A stretch of DNA of 64,000 nucleotides from a virus (Duplodnaviria; Caudoviricetes). A model generated the notes under the pieces. It was not told the origin of the DNA, ran no database searches, and saw only the letters and a program-made list of their open reading frames with translations. Numbering within the stretch: position 1 is the first letter of the stretch; every line of letters begins with the position of its first letter. This document shows, one piece after another, positions 61,166 through 64,000 of this stretch. Both the position numbers and the translations under genes were made by a program. The DNA lies in IMG/VR virus record IMGVR_UViG_3300021400_003144, one strand, 5' to 3'.

Positions 61166-62095
61166 AAGTGGACCCTTGTAATAGGGATTGAATTTATTTC
61201 TGTGAGTAACCACATCCTCATAAAATTGAAGAACCCTGCAATAGGGATTGAATAATTTCTGTTACTCTCATATTTAGCATCCAATTAAGTGAACCCTTTG
61301 ATAGGGATTAAATCTTATTTTACACTAGTTCAACCACATGATGATTAAAGAACCCTTCTAATAGGGATTGAGCTTGGTACATTTTGTTATCTTCCTTTAA
61401 ATAAATGAGATGAACCCTTGCAATAGGGATTGAGTAGTCTTATTTAGAAGAGTAGAATGCTGATATTTTGAGTGAACCCTTATAATAGGGATTGAGTTAA
61501 TTGAAAATTAACATTAATATTCATATTCATGATAGTGAACCCTTTAATAGGGATTGATTACCTATACACAATGTCGTAGGCTTGAATGAAGTGAACCCTT
61601 TAATAGGGATTGCATAGGCGAAAAATGTAAAATCATCAAAGTTCTTATTGAACCCTTTAATAGGGATTGCATGGTCAATATTTGCGTTGTTAATTACTAC
61701 TAATAAAGTGAACCATTCTAATGGGGATTGAATAGTACATAATAATGTTTAAGGTTATGTCATATAACAGGAAACCCTTATAATAGGGATTGAATCAGAA
61801 GAGGTGGAAGGCCAACTTTGGACATTTCAAGTGAACCCTTATAATAGGGATTGCATCTATTTTCGTAGTTCCAAATTGCCTTTAATTTAAGAGAACCCTT
61901 GCAGTAGGGATTGCATTAATAGAGACAAAGCGCTCTGTCTATTTTTCTAAAGAACCCTTTAATAGGGATTGTATCATTTCTATCATGTTTTCGAGGTCTG
62001 AACGTTTTAGAGAACCCTTTAATAGGGATTGCATATGCTGATGATTTTTAAAATCACCAAGAGGAAAGTAAGAACCCTTGTAATAGGGATTGTAT
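61166..62095 (+). CRISPR. orphan CRISPR-like array: 16 heterogeneous repeats (about AAGTGAACCCTT(N)TAATAGGGATTG(A/C)AT) and 15 unique spacers
   Basis: AGGGATT cores at 61183, 61243, 61303, 61363, 61425, 61487, 61549, 61605, 61662, 61723 (GGGGATT), 61785, 61846, 61906, 61964, 62024 and 62085; period 56-62 nt; CCCT/AGGG hairpin followed by an ATTG tail; no cas gene recognised in the window. Confidence 0.8.
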
Positions 62096-62128
62096 TATTA
62101 AATGAAGCAGGGAGAGGAAAGCTTATAT

Positions 62129-62353
62129 ATGAGTAGACACTATACCGTTGAGGTTGAGAAGTTATGTAGAGTATCTGATGTTGAAGCAGATACTCCAAAA
62201 CAAGCCTTGAGAAATGTAATAAGAGAACATGGTATATGTAATGGTTCAATAAGAAGTATTAGTGCAGACACTAAGACTAACTATAGAAAAGCTAAAGTTA
62301 GTTTATTGGGTGGAACTAGAGAGTCTATTAGTTATTTTGAGGTTTCATGGTAG
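62129..62353 (+). CDS. small hypothetical protein
   Basis: GGGAGAGG RBS before ATG 62129; VEADTPKQA. Confidence 0.7.
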   Translation: MSRHYTVEVEKLCRVSDVEADTPKQALRNVIREHGICNGSIRSISADTKTNYRKAKVSLLGGTRESISYFEVSW

Positions 62354-62387
62354 CAAAAATCATAGTCACTGATATAGAAAGGAAAAT

Positions 62388-62915
62388 ATGAAAATCAAGA
62401 AAGGGAATATAAAAATAAATGACTTTATGATAAGCCTAAATACTCTTGTAATAGACTATGGTGACCATCAGTATAAATTTAAGATGAAAGAAGTAGTTAA
62501 AGAAGCATTTGGTGAACTTTATGTACCAACTAATACAATAAAGCAGGATAAAGAAACTAAAAAACATAATATAATCATATCTTATGCTGATTTATCTGGA
62601 CTCATAGACTCAAATAAAATAGAAGAAGCTATAGAAGTAGACAAGGAATGTAAAAGTGATATGGAGCAGATAGCATTTTATGACACAGCATTTGCATTCA
62701 TGTGTGGACCATTTATAGTTGCTTTTATGCTTTGGACAGTAAATTTCTTATTAAATTATGTGTTTAAAGGTATAGGGCATACTGGAGAGATGATTATAAT
62801 TGGTATTGTAGTGATTTTTTATCTAATAATATTCGGAATGTTAACTGTTTCTTTTGAAGGTGCCCTAGTAAAAGAGATAAAAGACACTATTAAAAGTCTT
62901 TCATCAGATATTTAG
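62388..62915 (+). CDS. membrane protein with 2 C-terminal TM helices
   Basis: AAGGA RBS; hydrophobic segments. Confidence 0.75.
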   Translation: MKIKKGNIKINDFMISLNTLVIDYGDHQYKFKMKEVVKEAFGELYVPTNTIKQDKETKKHNIIISYADLSGLIDSNKIEEAIEVDKECKSDMEQIAFYDTAFAFMCGPFIVAFMLWTVNFLLNYVFKGIGHTGEMIIIGIVVIFYLIIFGMLTVSFEGALVKEIKDTIKSLSSDI

Positions 62916-62943
62916 AGTGAATAAACATTGGGGGGATATAAAA

Positions 62944-64000
62944 ATGGGCAAGGGTAAGAAAATTTTAGCAGTAGAAATACCTATTGGGTTAATGGCAGTT
63001 AGTATGATGCTTAATGCTTGTAATAATCAAGTTGTAGCTAATGAAAGTAAGAGTGAGACAATGAATATTGCGAAAGTGACAGATGTAAATGAAGCTTTGT
63101 TTAATCTTAGTAAAAATGTGATACAAAGCGAATTGTCAGATACATCAGATAATATAATGGTGTCACCTGTATCTATAGAAAGGTGCTTTGCTTTAGCTAT
63201 AGAGGGAGCAAATGGAGAGACAAGAGAACAGTTAGAAAAAGCAATATATTCTAACTTACCTTTTGAAGATACAGCATATAAGATAGGAACTATTTGTGAT
63301 AAGCTAAGTTACTATGATGTAGATGCATATGATGATAAGAATAATCATATAGATGAGACTAGAAAGGCATTTAAAGTTGCTAATTCTATATGGATAAACT
63401 CAGATGCAGATGATTTTAAGATTAAGACTGAATATAAGGATAGAATAGGCATCAATTATAAAGCTGAAGAGTTTGAGATACCTTTTTCAGATGGACCTAA
63501 TCCTATAAATAATTGGGTAAATACAAATACAGATGGAATGATACCCAGTATATTAAATGATTTAACACCTGATGATATGACTGTACTTGTAAATGCAACT
63601 ATGTTTAAGGGTGAATGGGTTGATAAGTTTGAGAATGATTCACCTGAGAAAAACTTTACAGACTCAGATGGAAGTATAAAGCAAGTTGACTTTATGAGAA
63701 GCTATAAGGATGATAGATATGTACAGATAAAGGATAGAGATGCATTTGTAAAGCAATATAATAACAAGTTTATGTATATTGGAATACTACCTAAAGAAAA
63801 TGAAAGCACTAATGAACTTCTTAAGGAACTAGAATATAAAGATATAATCAAAGGACTTGGAAATAATACCAATTATGATTTAGTTTTAGACTTTCCTAAA
63901 TATAAGTATGAAAGCTCAATGAGTTTAGTAAAAGTATTTAAGCAACTTGGTGTAGATTTAGCATTTGGAAATGAAGCTGATTTCTCTAATATGAGTGATA
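62944..64000 (+). CDS. serpin (serine protease inhibitor) lipoprotein, truncated by window end
   Basis: Hand translation: lipobox LNAC; NIMVSPVSI, GANGETREQL, VANSIW, INNWVNTNTDGMIPSIL, LVNATMFKGEW, ILP, FPKYKYES, LGVDLAFGNEADFSNM. Confidence 0.92.
   Translation, partial: MGKGKKILAVEIPIGLMAVSMMLNACNNQVVANESKSETMNIAKVTDVNEALFNLSKNVIQSELSDTSDNIMVSPVSIERCFALAIEGANGETREQLEKAIYSNLPFEDTAYKIGTICDKLSYYDVDAYDDKNNHIDETRKAFKVANSIWINSDADDFKIKTEYKDRIGINYKAEEFEIPFSDGPNPINNWVNTNTDGMIPSILNDLTPDDMTVLVNATMFKGEWVDKFENDSPEKNFTDSDGSIKQVDFMRSYKDDRYVQIKDRDAFVKQYNNKFMYIGILPKENESTNELLKELEYKDIIKGLGNNTNYDLVLDFPKYKYESSMSLVKVFKQLGVDLAFGNEADFSNMSD

Noticed and set aside
61166-62095. TIGR array, type III toxin-antitoxin RNA repeats or a coding repeat
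   Set aside because: The unit is about 60 nt with one hairpin repeat and one unique spacer, without box C/D-like dual repeats; units are not near-identical; spacing is not a constant multiple of 3 and no ORF spans the array.
606-62249. The many minus-strand ORFs in the track (e.g. 21384-21962, 23580-24128, 26717-27079, 44454-44924)
   Set aside because: They are shadows of + strand genes, rich in Ser/Leu/Phe/Ile as expected for the antisense of purine-rich codons, with no motifs.

Overview
AT-rich, strongly CpG-depleted 64-kb segment in which essentially all credible genes lie on the + strand. It most likely comes from a large (jumbo-type) phage of a gut Clostridia/Lachnospiraceae-like host; this is inferred from gene content, and no virion genes are in the window. 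Left part (1-21 kb): replication and transcription genes (Dam-like MTase C-terminus, HolA-like protein, two sigma-like proteins, RNase H-like protein, a degenerate PolA-like domain, family-A DNA polymerase, NPPY methyltransferase, DEDDh exonuclease), a radical-SAM cluster and a Zn-repeat homing-type endonuclease. Middle part: early-type cassettes with repeated terminator-plus-sigmaA-promoter junctions and paralogous gene families, dUTPase, a Ter stress operon (YceG, TelA, 3x TerD, Ca2+ P-type ATPase), AIM24/TPM/PspA, MscS and surface proteins. Right part: hypothetical paralogues, a cas-less CRISPR-like array of 16 heterogeneous hairpin repeats (61166-62095) and a lipoprotein serpin running off the window end. 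Best candidates for new biology: (1) the orphan degenerate-repeat array; (2) an RlmN/Cfr-like radical SAM enzyme whose C-terminal AACGQL segment is encoded as a separate 42-aa peptide 1.7 kb downstream, beyond two intervening genes; (3) a phage-borne serpin. All family calls come from visual motif recognition; no database search was run.
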